DNA from: an uncultured Clostridia bacterium
Lineage (GTDB): Bacteria; Bacillota; Clostridia; Christensenellales; CAMQZB01
DNA: 64,000 nt
Reading direction: 5' to 3'
Assembly (NCBI GenBank): GCA_964541255.1
Contig: CAZIPL010000004.1
Coordinates: forward strand, 424-64,423
Below the pieces are notes generated by a model. That model was not told where the DNA came from, made no database searches, and saw only the letters and a program-made list of their open reading frames with translations. A program made the position numbers and the translations under genes. Below are positions 35,158 through 44,555 of the stretch, in pieces (position 1 is the first letter of the stretch; each line of letters begins with the position of its first letter).

Positions 35158-35186
35158 AACAAGCCGCGGGTCGGCTTGTTTTTTTA
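35158..35186 (+). terminator. Intrinsic terminator after lacI
   Basis: AACAAGCCG-CGGGT-CGGCTTGTT followed by T5. Confidence 0.75.
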
Positions 35187-35237
35187 TTATATAATTATTT
35201 TGAAAAGGCATAAATTGCCGTAATTTCGGAGGACAAA

Positions 35238-36068
35238 ATGAAGTATATTTACCTTAACCTGAAGCGTTTCGACGTTCCGAAAACCGAGGGCGGCGCAAAC
35301 GACATCGGTAGCGCGAAAGAGTGGGGCAAAAAGATAGTCGAGGGTATTGCGGAAGGAATTGAAAACTATGACGACATTTCCTTTGCGGCATATTTTCCCG
35401 AGGGCTATATAATCGACGCGGCAAACGCATCTCACGGAAAGCTTGAGATCGGATGTCAGGGCGTTTATGAAAACGACGTGGAGGTCGGCGGAAATTTCGG
35501 CGCGTTCACGACGCTACGTACGGCAAAGTCGGCAAAATTCCTCGGCGCGACGACTGCGCTTATAGGACATTGCGAAGAAAGAAGAAATTTGAAGAGTATT
35601 ATATCGCTTGGCGGAGGAAATAATTTCAACGCCGTAAACGAGATATTGAATAGGGAAATAAAGCGTGCAACCGAACAGGGTATGAAAGTTTTGTATTGCA
35701 TAGGCGAAACGAGCGAGGAGCAAGATAACCGTTATGAAGTATTCAAAAACCAGCTCGAAATCGGTCTTGACGGCGTAGATCTTTCTTTCGTTACGGTCGC
35801 TTACGAGCCCGTTTGGGCAATCGGCCCCGGGAAAGTTCCGCCGGATGGCGAATATATTTCGGACGTAGTAAGATTTGTTAAGTCCGTGAAAGACGTAAAT
35901 GTCGTTTACGGCGGCGGCTTGAAAAAGGAAAACGCGCCTGAGCTTGCTAAAATCAAAGAGCTTGACGGCGGACTTATCGCCTTGACGCGTTTCGGAAAAG
36001 ATTTCGGATTCTCGGTTCCCGACTATCTCGAAATAGTAAAGACTTACAGAGACAACATCGAAAGATAA
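35238..36068 (+). CDS. Triosephosphate-isomerase-family paralog
   Basis: The TIM catalytic pattern is retained: LNLKRF (Asn/Lys), GHCEERR (His), AYEPVWAIGPG (Glu), YGGG. The C-terminal phosphate-loop region differs (GGLIALTRF). RBS GGAGGA. Confidence 0.75.
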   Translation: MKYIYLNLKRFDVPKTEGGANDIGSAKEWGKKIVEGIAEGIENYDDISFAAYFPEGYIIDAANASHGKLEIGCQGVYENDVEVGGNFGAFTTLRTAKSAKFLGATTALIGHCEERRNLKSIISLGGGNNFNAVNEILNREIKRATEQGMKVLYCIGETSEEQDNRYEVFKNQLEIGLDGVDLSFVTVAYEPVWAIGPGKVPPDGEYISDVVRFVKSVKDVNVVYGGGLKKENAPELAKIKELDGGLIALTRFGKDFGFSVPDYLEIVKTYRDNIER

Positions 36069-36080
36069 AGGAGAAAAAAT

Positions 36081-37532
36081 ATGAAATTCCAGTTAGAATA
36101 CGGCAACGGTTTTATGAATTGCGAGCTTCCCGATAACGTAGACGTTTTCGTCCCAGGAGAAACTGTCGCGGATCCTCCTCACATTCCCGAAGAAAAGCTT
36201 AAAGATGAAACTTTGAAGAGTATAAGAAACCCTATCGGTATGGAGCCTCTTTCCAAACTTGCCAAGAAAGGCAGCAAGTGCGTTATCATTTTCCCCGACA
36301 GAGTTAAGGGCGGCGAGCAGCCTACGAGCCACAGAAAAACAGCTATTCCTTTGATTCTTGAAGAGCTTTATGCGGCGGGCGTAGAAAAGAAAGATATTTT
36401 GCTTATCTGCTCCAACGGTCTTCACAGAAAAAACACCGAAGCTGAAATAAGAGGAGTCTTGGGAGACGATCTTATGAACGAGTTTTGGTATACTCACCAG
36501 ATCATCAATCATGACAGCGAAGATTACGATCACCTCGTAGATTTGGGTACGACCGAAAGAGGGGACAGGGTTTTGGTAAACAAATATGTTTACGACGCAG
36601 ACGTTGCGATACTCATCGGTCACGTTCAGGGCAATCCTTACGGCGGATATTCCGGCGGATATAAGCATTGCGCGACGGGAATAACCCATTGGAGAAGCAT
36701 AGCTACTCACCACGTTCCCGAAGTTATGCATAGAGACGACTTCGTTCCCGTATCGACTCATTCCCTTATGCGTCACAAATTCGACGAAATCGGTATGCAT
36801 ATCGAAAAATGCATGGGCAAAAAGTTCTTCTGCTGTGATGCGGTAACAGATACTAAGTCAAGACAGATAGCGATATTCAGCGGTTACGCGAAAGAAATGG
36901 AACCGCTTTCGTGGGAGGTTGCCGACAAGCGCACGTTCGTTCATTGGGCGGACAAAAAATATGACGTAATCGTCTTCGGTGCACCGCAGTTCTTCCATTA
37001 CGGCGACGGAATGGGAACGAACCCGATAATGCTTATGCAAGCGCTTTCCGCTCAAGTTATTCGCCACAAGAGAATTATGTCGGATAAGTGCGTGTTCATT
37101 TGCGCGGCTAAGTGCGACGGATATTTCCACGACGAGCTTTGGCCTTATACGAGAGAGATGTACGATATGTTCCAGAAAGATTATATGAACACTCTCCCCG
37201 ATATGAATAGATACGGCGAGTATTTCGCAACCAACGAGGAATATATAAGAAAATATCGTTATTGCAACGCTTTCCATCCCTTCCACGGCTTCTCGATGAT
37301 TTCTTGCGCGCACATCGCGGAGGAAAATACTTCGGCAATCTATATTTGCGGCGCACAAGCTCCGGGATATGCAAGAGGCATGGGACTTAAAACAAGAGCT
37401 ACGATAGAGGAAGCATTGAAAGACGCGAAGAAGAAATTCGTCGGCGAAAACCCCAACATCTTGGTTTTGCCGAGAACCTTTACCACGGCGGCGGTTCATC
37501 TTTGCATGAAAGACACCGAGGGACAGAACTAA
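36081..37532 (+). CDS. LarA-family (DUF2088, nickel-pincer-nucleotide dependent racemase/epimerase-like) protein
   Basis: NGLHRKNT (the GxHR catalytic His motif), GHVQGNPYGGYSGGYKHCATG (His plus GYSGGxK with the cofactor-tethering Lys) and the N-terminal FPDRVKGG region match LarA hallmarks as I recall them. RBS AAAGGAG. Confidence 0.8.
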   Translation: MKFQLEYGNGFMNCELPDNVDVFVPGETVADPPHIPEEKLKDETLKSIRNPIGMEPLSKLAKKGSKCVIIFPDRVKGGEQPTSHRKTAIPLILEELYAAGVEKKDILLICSNGLHRKNTEAEIRGVLGDDLMNEFWYTHQIINHDSEDYDHLVDLGTTERGDRVLVNKYVYDADVAILIGHVQGNPYGGYSGGYKHCATGITHWRSIATHHVPEVMHRDDFVPVSTHSLMRHKFDEIGMHIEKCMGKKFFCCDAVTDTKSRQIAIFSGYAKEMEPLSWEVADKRTFVHWADKKYDVIVFGAPQFFHYGDGMGTNPIMLMQALSAQVIRHKRIMSDKCVFICAAKCDGYFHDELWPYTREMYDMFQKDYMNTLPDMNRYGEYFATNEEYIRKYRYCNAFHPFHGFSMISCAHIAEENTSAIYICGAQAPGYARGMGLKTRATIEEALKDAKKKFVGENPNILVLPRTFTTAAVHLCMKDTEGQN

Positions 37533-37535
37533 TCT

Positions 37536-38399
37536 ATGATTACCATTGAAAACGAATACTTAAAAGTCGGCGCGGAAAAAGTCGCGGGCGAATTCGTCTC
37601 GATGATCGATAAAAAAAGCGGCGCGGAGTTTGTCTATCAAGGAGACGATAACGTTTGGAGAAACAAAGCGAGAAATCTTTTCCCAGTTTGCGGAAAGAGC
37701 AAAGACGACGTTATTTCCGTTGACGGAAAGGAATTTCCGATGCCTATGCACGGCTTGTCGAAAAACACCGAGTTCGAGCTTTATGAAAAGACCGAAACGA
37801 AGATGAGCTTTTTGATGACGTCAAACGACGAAACGAAAAAGCATTATCCGTTCGATTTTAAGTTTTTCATCGAATACGAGCTTTGCGGAAAAACGCTTCT
37901 TCAAAAATACAGAGTCGAAAACATCGGCGACAAAACCATGTATTTTTGCGTAGGCGGGCATACGGGCTTCAATTTCCCGATAGAGGGAAATATTTCCGAT
38001 TATGCGATCAAAGTTTGCGGCGACATCAAAGAAGAGATTTGCGAAGACGGATTTTTGACCGGGAAAATCGTTCCGTTCGAAAACGACAACGGAATAATCT
38101 CTCTTTCCGACAATACGTTCGACGGCGGTTCACGTTCGCTTTCGGGTTTTTCTGAAAGTAAGCTTGAAATATATTCGGATAAATACGGATATTATATGAC
38201 GGTCGAGTTCGACGGCTTCCCTCATGTTGTTTTGTGGAGCCAGCCTAAGAAAGTGCATTACGTTGCAATCGAGCCGTGGAAAGGACTTAACGACAGCGTT
38301 AATTCCGATCATGACTTGAAAAAGAGAAAAGAAATTGCAAGCCTTGATTCGGGGGAAACTTTTGAAGTAATTCAAAAATTCACCTGCGGAAAAAGGTAA
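37536..38399 (+). CDS. Aldose 1-epimerase-family (LacX/mutarotase-like) protein
   Basis: IENEYLKVGAEKVAGEFVSMIDKKSGAEFVYQGDDNVWRNKARNLFPVCGK...MPMHGL fits the LacX-like aldose-epimerase N-terminal pattern. Terminator with GAAA loop at 38417-38444. Confidence 0.75.
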   Translation: MITIENEYLKVGAEKVAGEFVSMIDKKSGAEFVYQGDDNVWRNKARNLFPVCGKSKDDVISVDGKEFPMPMHGLSKNTEFELYEKTETKMSFLMTSNDETKKHYPFDFKFFIEYELCGKTLLQKYRVENIGDKTMYFCVGGHTGFNFPIEGNISDYAIKVCGDIKEEICEDGFLTGKIVPFENDNGIISLSDNTFDGGSRSLSGFSESKLEIYSDKYGYYMTVEFDGFPHVVLWSQPKKVHYVAIEPWKGLNDSVNSDHDLKKRKEIASLDSGETFEVIQKFTCGKR

Positions 38400-38416
38400 G
38401 TCATATCCATAATGGG

Positions 38417-38444
38417 AAAACGCTCTCGAAAGAGGGCGTTTTTA
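38417..38444 (+). terminator. Intrinsic terminator after the TIM-like/LarA-like/epimerase unit
   Basis: CGCTCTC-GAAA-GAGGGCG followed by T5. Confidence 0.75.
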
Positions 38445-38560
38445 TCATAATAAGATACTATTTATGTCAATTTTAGACCTTTATTTGATATATTTTGTGT
38501 GGTATAATAATAAGAAATAAAGAATCATAAGAAATTATGTAAATAAAGGAGAGAAAGAAT

Positions 38561-41176
38561 ATGAATGAGGCAATAAGGAAAAATCTCGAAGGATATTTGG
38601 GATATAACATTTTCCCGTTTATGTGGGTGCACGGCGAATCGGAAGAGCGTTATCGCGAGGTTTTGCGTGCTATTAAGAACGCAAACATCAACGCCGTATG
38701 CATCGAGGCGCGTCCTCACAAGGAGTTTTGCAAAGACGGTTGGTGGAGAGATATGGACATCATCATCGACGAGTGCAAAAAACTCGGTATGGAGATTTGG
38801 ATCCTCGACGACGAGCATTTCCCGACGGGATATGCCGCAGGGAAATGCAAAGAAGCCCCGAATAATTTAAGAAGAATACAGATTGCGTATTCCGAATTCG
38901 ACGCCAAGAAGAATAATAAGGTCGATCTTAAAAAGTATTTCAAAATCAAGAAAGCTCCTATGGCTCGAATCACGGATAACGTTCAAAAGAACAATACCAT
39001 GGTGTTCGACGACGACAGACTTTTGGGCGCTTACGCAAAGAAAGTCGAAAACGGCAAGGTTATCGAGAGAATAGATTTGGCTAAATATATCGACGGAACG
39101 AAGCTTTGCTGGCAAAAGCCCGACGGCGACTTCAAAGTCGAAGTTGTATTTGCTTCGCGCAATATGGGCTGGTCGAGAAGCTACATCAATATGATGTGCT
39201 ATGACTCTTGCCGTATTCAGCTCGACGCCGTTTATGAACCGCACTATGCGCATTACAAAGAGGAGTTCGGAAAGACCATCAAGGGATTCTTCTCCGACGA
39301 GCCTTTTATTGGTAACGGATATATGTTCCAATCCAATATGAGATTCGGTCATATGCAAGATCTTCCTTGGAGCGACGAAACGGAAACGGAGCTTAAAAAG
39401 CTTTGGGGAGAGGATTTCGCTTCACGTCTTTCGATGCTTTGGAGCAACGAATATGACGAAAAGCTCACGGCTGATACGAGATATGACTTTATGAACGTCA
39501 TTTCGCGCCTTGTCGAAAAGGATTTTTCTAAGCAAATCGGCGCTTGGTGCGAAGAGCACGGAGTCGAGTATATCGGACATCTTATCGAAGACGAGGGCGG
39601 ACATTCGAGAACAGGCTCATCGCTCGGACATTACTTCCGCGGACTTTCTGGTCAGCATATGGCTGGAATAGACAATATCGGCGGACAGATAGAGATGTAT
39701 CACGAAGACAACTCCGAAAGAGTCCCGTCGATGTTCCATAAGTTTATCGGAAAGCCTATCGACGGAATGTTTTATCATTACGAGCTCGGCAAACTCGGCT
39801 CTTCTATGGCGGAGCTTCAGCCCGAAAAACAGGGTAGGGCTATGTGCGAGAACTTCGGCAATTACGGCTGGAGCGAAGGTATAAGGCTTGAAAAATACCT
39901 TTCCGACCATTTGCTCGTTCGCGGAATCAATCGCTTTGTTCCTCACGCGTTCACTTGTAAGGACTTCCCCGAAAGAGATTGTCCGCCGCATTTCTGGGCG
40001 CAGGGACATAATCCGCAATACAGACACTTCGGCGAACTTATGAAATACGTCGCAAGACTTACCAACGTATTCTCCGACGGAAAGAATTTGTCGGACGTTG
40101 CGGTTTTATATGCAGGCGAAGCGGATTGGACGGACGAAGATTATATGCCTCTTAAAGAGGTCGGAAAAGTACTTTACGACAACCAGATCGACTATGTATT
40201 TATGCCGACAGACGTATTCGAGGAAAGAGAAAGATATAACACGGAACTTTCCGACACATTCTCCGTAAACGGCAAGGAAATCAAGCTTTTGATCGTCCCC
40301 AAAACGAAATGCGTTTCGAAGTTCTTGTATGACAATATCGACGCTCTCGAAAAGGTGAATTGCAAGGTTGTGTTCGTAAACGAAGCTCCGAAATACGTTC
40401 TGAACGTCGGAAATTTTGAAAAGACTTCCGAAGTCGTATCGTTAGAAAACCTTTGCGATTATGTCGAAAATCACGGACTTAAACAATTTGCGTTGAATCC
40501 CGCAAACGACAGAGTTCGTATCATGAGATATAAAACCCAAGACGAGATGTTCTTCGTCGTAAACGAGGGAAGAAAAGCCTTTGACGGAGAGATAACTCTT
40601 CCGATAGATAGCGAGCTTTATGAATATGACGCATACGAAAACAAGTGCTATAAGGTAGATAGCTATGTCGAAAACGGCAAGACCGTCGTCAAGGTAAATA
40701 TGCCGACTCTTCACGCGAGACTTTTCGTTGCTGGAGCTTGCGAAAACGCGGAAGAGAGATTCGTTGCAAGGGGTGAAAAGACTTCGATAGACAACTTCGA
40801 CGTTTATGCTTGCACCGAGCTTGAATATCCGAACCTTAACAAGATTGCGGAAAACAAGCCGCTTTCTTGGAATTATTCCGATATGAATCCTAAGTTCTCG
40901 GGCGTTGTTGCTTATGAGAAAAAGGTCGATTTGAGCGGTGTCAATGCTATTGAAATCACGCAAGCAAACGAGGGCGTAGAAGTGTTTGTTGACGGCAAAA
41001 CGCTTGGAATAACGATAACTGCACCGTTTGTTTATGACGTGAGAGCTTTTGAGGGAACGCACGATATTAGAATCGAGGTTGCGTCAACGCTCGAAAGAGA
41101 CAGAGCTGGCAGCAAAAAAGCATGCGCGAAGATGCCTAAGGTCGGCATTGTAGGTGAAGTTAATCTTTATAAATAA
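38561..41176 (+). CDS. Large (871 aa) glycoside-hydrolase-like protein, family not assignable by eye
   Basis: The N-terminus FPFMWVHGE...ARPHKEF...WWRDMD...GMEIWILDDEHFPTGYAAG resembles TIM-barrel N-termini of GH106-like or jelly-roll GH-like enzymes. RBS AAAGGAGAG. It is cytoplasmic and lies among GH genes. Confidence 0.5.
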   Translation: MNEAIRKNLEGYLGYNIFPFMWVHGESEERYREVLRAIKNANINAVCIEARPHKEFCKDGWWRDMDIIIDECKKLGMEIWILDDEHFPTGYAAGKCKEAPNNLRRIQIAYSEFDAKKNNKVDLKKYFKIKKAPMARITDNVQKNNTMVFDDDRLLGAYAKKVENGKVIERIDLAKYIDGTKLCWQKPDGDFKVEVVFASRNMGWSRSYINMMCYDSCRIQLDAVYEPHYAHYKEEFGKTIKGFFSDEPFIGNGYMFQSNMRFGHMQDLPWSDETETELKKLWGEDFASRLSMLWSNEYDEKLTADTRYDFMNVISRLVEKDFSKQIGAWCEEHGVEYIGHLIEDEGGHSRTGSSLGHYFRGLSGQHMAGIDNIGGQIEMYHEDNSERVPSMFHKFIGKPIDGMFYHYELGKLGSSMAELQPEKQGRAMCENFGNYGWSEGIRLEKYLSDHLLVRGINRFVPHAFTCKDFPERDCPPHFWAQGHNPQYRHFGELMKYVARLTNVFSDGKNLSDVAVLYAGEADWTDEDYMPLKEVGKVLYDNQIDYVFMPTDVFEERERYNTELSDTFSVNGKEIKLLIVPKTKCVSKFLYDNIDALEKVNCKVVFVNEAPKYVLNVGNFEKTSEVVSLENLCDYVENHGLKQFALNPANDRVRIMRYKTQDEMFFVVNEGRKAFDGEITLPIDSELYEYDAYENKCYKVDSYVENGKTVVKVNMPTLHARLFVAGACENAEERFVARGEKTSIDNFDVYACTELEYPNLNKIAENKPLSWNYSDMNPKFSGVVAYEKKVDLSGVNAIEITQANEGVEVFVDGKTLGITITAPFVYDVRAFEGTHDIRIEVASTLERDRAGSKKACAKMPKVGIVGEVNLYK

Positions 41177-41599
41177 TCTAAAATATAATTATGGCGGGAT
41201 CGGTGTCGTCGAAAAACTTTGACGTATATCGAATTCCGCCTTTTATTTTTAATTTGATGTGAAAATATTGTAATAATTCGTAAAGAATTGCAATACAACC
41301 GCAATACTTTACGATAAAATATAATCGGGAAGTTGTGATTTAGGTCTATATTGTTTTTAGAATATGCTTATCGAATGCATTTATAAACAAGATAATACTA
41401 TTTAATCGCTTTGCCTTATTATAAAATATACTTATTAAAACGCGGATAGACTTAGTTAACGGAAAAATCTTTATATCGCTTTTTATGAAAGAACCGAAAT
41501 ACTAAATTAAGAACATAAAAAAGTTGATTTGCAATATGTTTTTATAAAAAGTTTATTTTGGTTTGCTACTATAAAGAAAATCAAAAAGGAGAAAAAGAA

Positions 41600-44050
41600 A
41601 TGACCTTTATTTTGAAAGGCGACCTCACGAAAGAGGTTACCGCAAGAGAGAAAAAGAACGTCGATTTGTCTATGAGAGCTGCCGTTGAAGGTATGGTTCT
41701 TCTTAAAAACGACGGAGCATTGCCTATCGTCGGCAAAAAAGTCGCGCTTTTCGGAAACGGCGTCAGATTTACAATCAAAGGCGGAACGGGATCGGGTGAT
41801 ACCAACGTTCGTCACATAACGACCGTCGAAGAGGGATTCAACCGTTTGGGATTTGAAATTACGTCGAAAAAATGGCTCGACGATTTCGATACGTTCTATA
41901 ACGATTCGTATGCCGCTTACGAGAAAGAGCGTGACGATACGTTGATGAAAAATTATCACCCCGGAATGACTGTTTTCGAGATGATCGGAAAGACTCACTT
42001 TTCTTTCCCAAATTCTACCCTCATAACGAAAGATTACACCGATAACGAAACGGATTACTGCGTATATATCATTGCTCGTCAAGCTGGCGAGGGCTATGAC
42101 AGAAAGCCTGTCGAGGGAGATTGGAGCTTAGACGAAACGGAGCTTAAAAACATCGCGCTTTTAAGTAGCGCTTATAAGCACCTCACCGTCGTTATCAACG
42201 CGGGCGGATTTATCGATCTTTCGTTCCTCGATACTATAAAAGTAGACGGACTTGTCTTTATGGGACAAGGCGGCTTAGAGGGCGGCTATTCAATCGCAAG
42301 ACTTTTGTCGGGCGAAGATAACTTCAGCGGAAAGCTTTCCGATTCGTGGGTCAAGAATTATTACGACTATCCTAACTCCGAGTCGTTCTCGCACAACAAC
42401 GGCGACGTATCGCACGACGATTACGTTCAGGGAATTTATATCGGATACAGATACCTCGACACATTCAACGTCGAACCGAGATTCCCCTTCGGCTTCGGAC
42501 TTTCCTATACAAACTTTGCGATGAACGTTGTCGCATCGAGAAAGGTGGAGGATAGAATCGAGCTTGACGTTGCAGTCAAAAACGTAGGTGACGTTGCGGG
42601 TAAAGAAGTCGTCGAAGTATATTCTTCTTCGCCGAGAAAGGATTCCGAATGGCAGTCGTTGGTAGCGTTCAAGAAAACTAAACTTTTGAATGCGGGCGAA
42701 GAGCAGACTCTCACGCTTTCGTTCGCAATTGCCGATATGGCTTCTTATTACGAATGCTGCGCGGAATATAGACTCGAAAAAGGCGATTATATCGTAAGAG
42801 TAGGTAATTCCTCGAGAAACACCGAAGCTGTTTTGAAAGTTGTTGTGAAAGAAGAGATCGTTACGGAAAAATGCACGAACATTGCCGTAAGAGAAACTCC
42901 GATAAAAGAAGTAACTGCTCCCGAAAAGCATTATTGCGACAATGTCGAAAAAGTCATCGAGGTTGAAGCTTGCGATATAAATACGGTCGTTCATACGTAT
43001 GAAAAGCCCGTTGCACATCCCTCCGAGAAAGTTAAGGCTATTATCGACAAGATGTCTGTCGAAGAGCTTGCTATGCTTGCGGTTGGCGACGACGTTCAAG
43101 GCAAGAGAATCGTCAACGTATTGGGAACGAGCGGATCGACGACAAATGCGTTGTATGAAAAATACGGAATTCCCAATATCGTTATGAGCGACGGTCCTGC
43201 TGGACTTAAAGTAGTCAATATCGCGGTCAAAATCGGCGAAGACAAGGTCGGTTCGACGGTAATTCCTGCCGAGTACGATAACATTCTTTTCCGTCGAGCT
43301 ATTGGGAATAATCTCCTTAAGGAGACGGATGGCGAAGCGCATTATCTTTACGCGACGGCTTGGCCGGTCGGAATCGTTTTGGCACAGACTTGGAACGAAG
43401 ATATTATCGAAGAAGTCGGCGACGGAGTCGGACAGGAAATGGTTGATTTCGGCGTAACGAGCTGGCTCGCTCCCGGAATGAACATTCACAGAAATCCTCT
43501 TTGCGGAAGAAGCTTCGAGTATTACTCCGAAGATCCGCTTCTTTCGGGTAAGATAGCCGCTGCTATGACAAGAGGCGTTCAGTCCCATAAGGGCGCACAG
43601 GTAACGCTCAAGCATTATACCTGCAACAATCAGGAAGAAAACAGAATGGGCAGCTCCTCCAACGTAAACGAAAGAGCGCTCAGAGAAATCTATCTCAGAG
43701 GCTTCGGTATCGCCGTAAAGGAAAGCGATCCGAAATCGATTATGTCGAGCTATAACCTCATAAACGATCTCTATTCGCCCAACAACTACGACCTTCTCAA
43801 TAAGTATTTGAGAAACGAGTGTGGCTTCAACGGCTTTGTTATGACGGACTGGGGTAGTTGCGACTACGGCAGAGGCAAGGCAAGACTTTGCCCGAAAGCC
43901 GGCAACGACCTTATCATGCCGGGCAATGCAGATAATCGCAAGGATATTTTGGAAGCAGTCGAGTGCGGCGAGCTTTCAGTCGAAGATCTCAAAACCGCGG
44001 CAACGAGAGTTCTTATCGCAATCGAAGACAATGTTGCGTTTCCGCTATAA
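41600..44050 (+). CDS. Glycoside hydrolase family 3, permuted domain order (a/b-sandwich and Fn3-like first, catalytic barrel last)
   Basis: ATG at 41600 follows AAAGGAGAAAAAG. N-terminal LLKNDGALP...IKGGTGSGD and FPFGFGLSYTNF precede C-terminal GMNIHRNPLCGRSFEYYSEDP, KHYTCNNQE and VMTDWG (nucleophile region). Terminator at 44082-44111. Confidence 0.9.
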   Translation: MTFILKGDLTKEVTAREKKNVDLSMRAAVEGMVLLKNDGALPIVGKKVALFGNGVRFTIKGGTGSGDTNVRHITTVEEGFNRLGFEITSKKWLDDFDTFYNDSYAAYEKERDDTLMKNYHPGMTVFEMIGKTHFSFPNSTLITKDYTDNETDYCVYIIARQAGEGYDRKPVEGDWSLDETELKNIALLSSAYKHLTVVINAGGFIDLSFLDTIKVDGLVFMGQGGLEGGYSIARLLSGEDNFSGKLSDSWVKNYYDYPNSESFSHNNGDVSHDDYVQGIYIGYRYLDTFNVEPRFPFGFGLSYTNFAMNVVASRKVEDRIELDVAVKNVGDVAGKEVVEVYSSSPRKDSEWQSLVAFKKTKLLNAGEEQTLTLSFAIADMASYYECCAEYRLEKGDYIVRVGNSSRNTEAVLKVVVKEEIVTEKCTNIAVRETPIKEVTAPEKHYCDNVEKVIEVEACDINTVVHTYEKPVAHPSEKVKAIIDKMSVEELAMLAVGDDVQGKRIVNVLGTSGSTTNALYEKYGIPNIVMSDGPAGLKVVNIAVKIGEDKVGSTVIPAEYDNILFRRAIGNNLLKETDGEAHYLYATAWPVGIVLAQTWNEDIIEEVGDGVGQEMVDFGVTSWLAPGMNIHRNPLCGRSFEYYSEDPLLSGKIAAAMTRGVQSHKGAQVTLKHYTCNNQEENRMGSSSNVNERALREIYLRGFGIAVKESDPKSIMSSYNLINDLYSPNNYDLLNKYLRNECGFNGFVMTDWGSCDYGRGKARLCPKAGNDLIMPGNADNRKDILEAVECGELSVEDLKTAATRVLIAIEDNVAFPL

Positions 44051-44081
44051 TTACTTGAAACTAAAAAAGTATAAAAACACA

Positions 44082-44111
44082 AAAACGGCTTTCGAAAGAG
44101 AGCCGTTTTTT
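44082..44111 (+). terminator. Intrinsic terminator
   Basis: CGGCTTTC-GAAA-GAGAGCCG followed by T6. Confidence 0.8.
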
Positions 44112-44270
44112 ATATGAAAAGTTATGCGAAAGTTTTCTGTTGAAAACCTATTATTGAAAATAAAGTCGTCTTTTGTCGTAATTTTCAAATCGTATATTTC
44201 TATAACAAATTACTTGCAAATTGATAGCATTTATGCTCGATTGCAAGTTTTATATTTAAAAGAAAAACTT

Positions 44271-44510
44271 TTATCTGAAGCAACCTCTTCCGTTATCAAT
44301 AAAATGCGGTCTGTCCCATATGTCTTTTTTGGGCGGTTTTTCGGGCGGCGGACAAGGCGTATAGGGATAAGGCGGAAAATTACAAGGCGGCAAAAAATAA
44401 CACGGCAGCGTTTTGTCTATATAGCACGGCGGGAAATTATTGTCGCGACTGCAAAAACAACGCTTTTCTAAATATGCGGAAATAATATATAGCTTCAAAA
44501 ACTCATTCAT
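44271..44510 (-). CDS. Hypothetical small Cys/Pro/Tyr-rich protein (79 aa)
   Basis: ATG is preceded by GGGTGA 4 nt upstream. There are 8 Cys in repeating PPCY/LPCY/PPCN/TPCP units. No homolog recognised, and coding status is unproven. Confidence 0.3.
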   Translation of the reverse strand: MNEFLKLYIISAYLEKRCFCSRDNNFPPCYIDKTLPCYFLPPCNFPPYPYTPCPPPEKPPKKDIWDRPHFIDNGRGCFR

Positions 44511-44555
44511 ACGATCACCCGATATATAATATTGCTTTATTGCGTTTTGTGTGAT

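Noticed and set aside
44124-44471. 115-aa plus-strand ORF overlapping the Cys/Pro-rich minus-strand ORF.
   Set aside because: Its Arg-rich tail (GRRTRRIGIRRKITRRQKITRQR) is the mirror image of the Pro/Cys-rich frame. It has no RBS, and it starts inside the T-tract of the upstream terminator.
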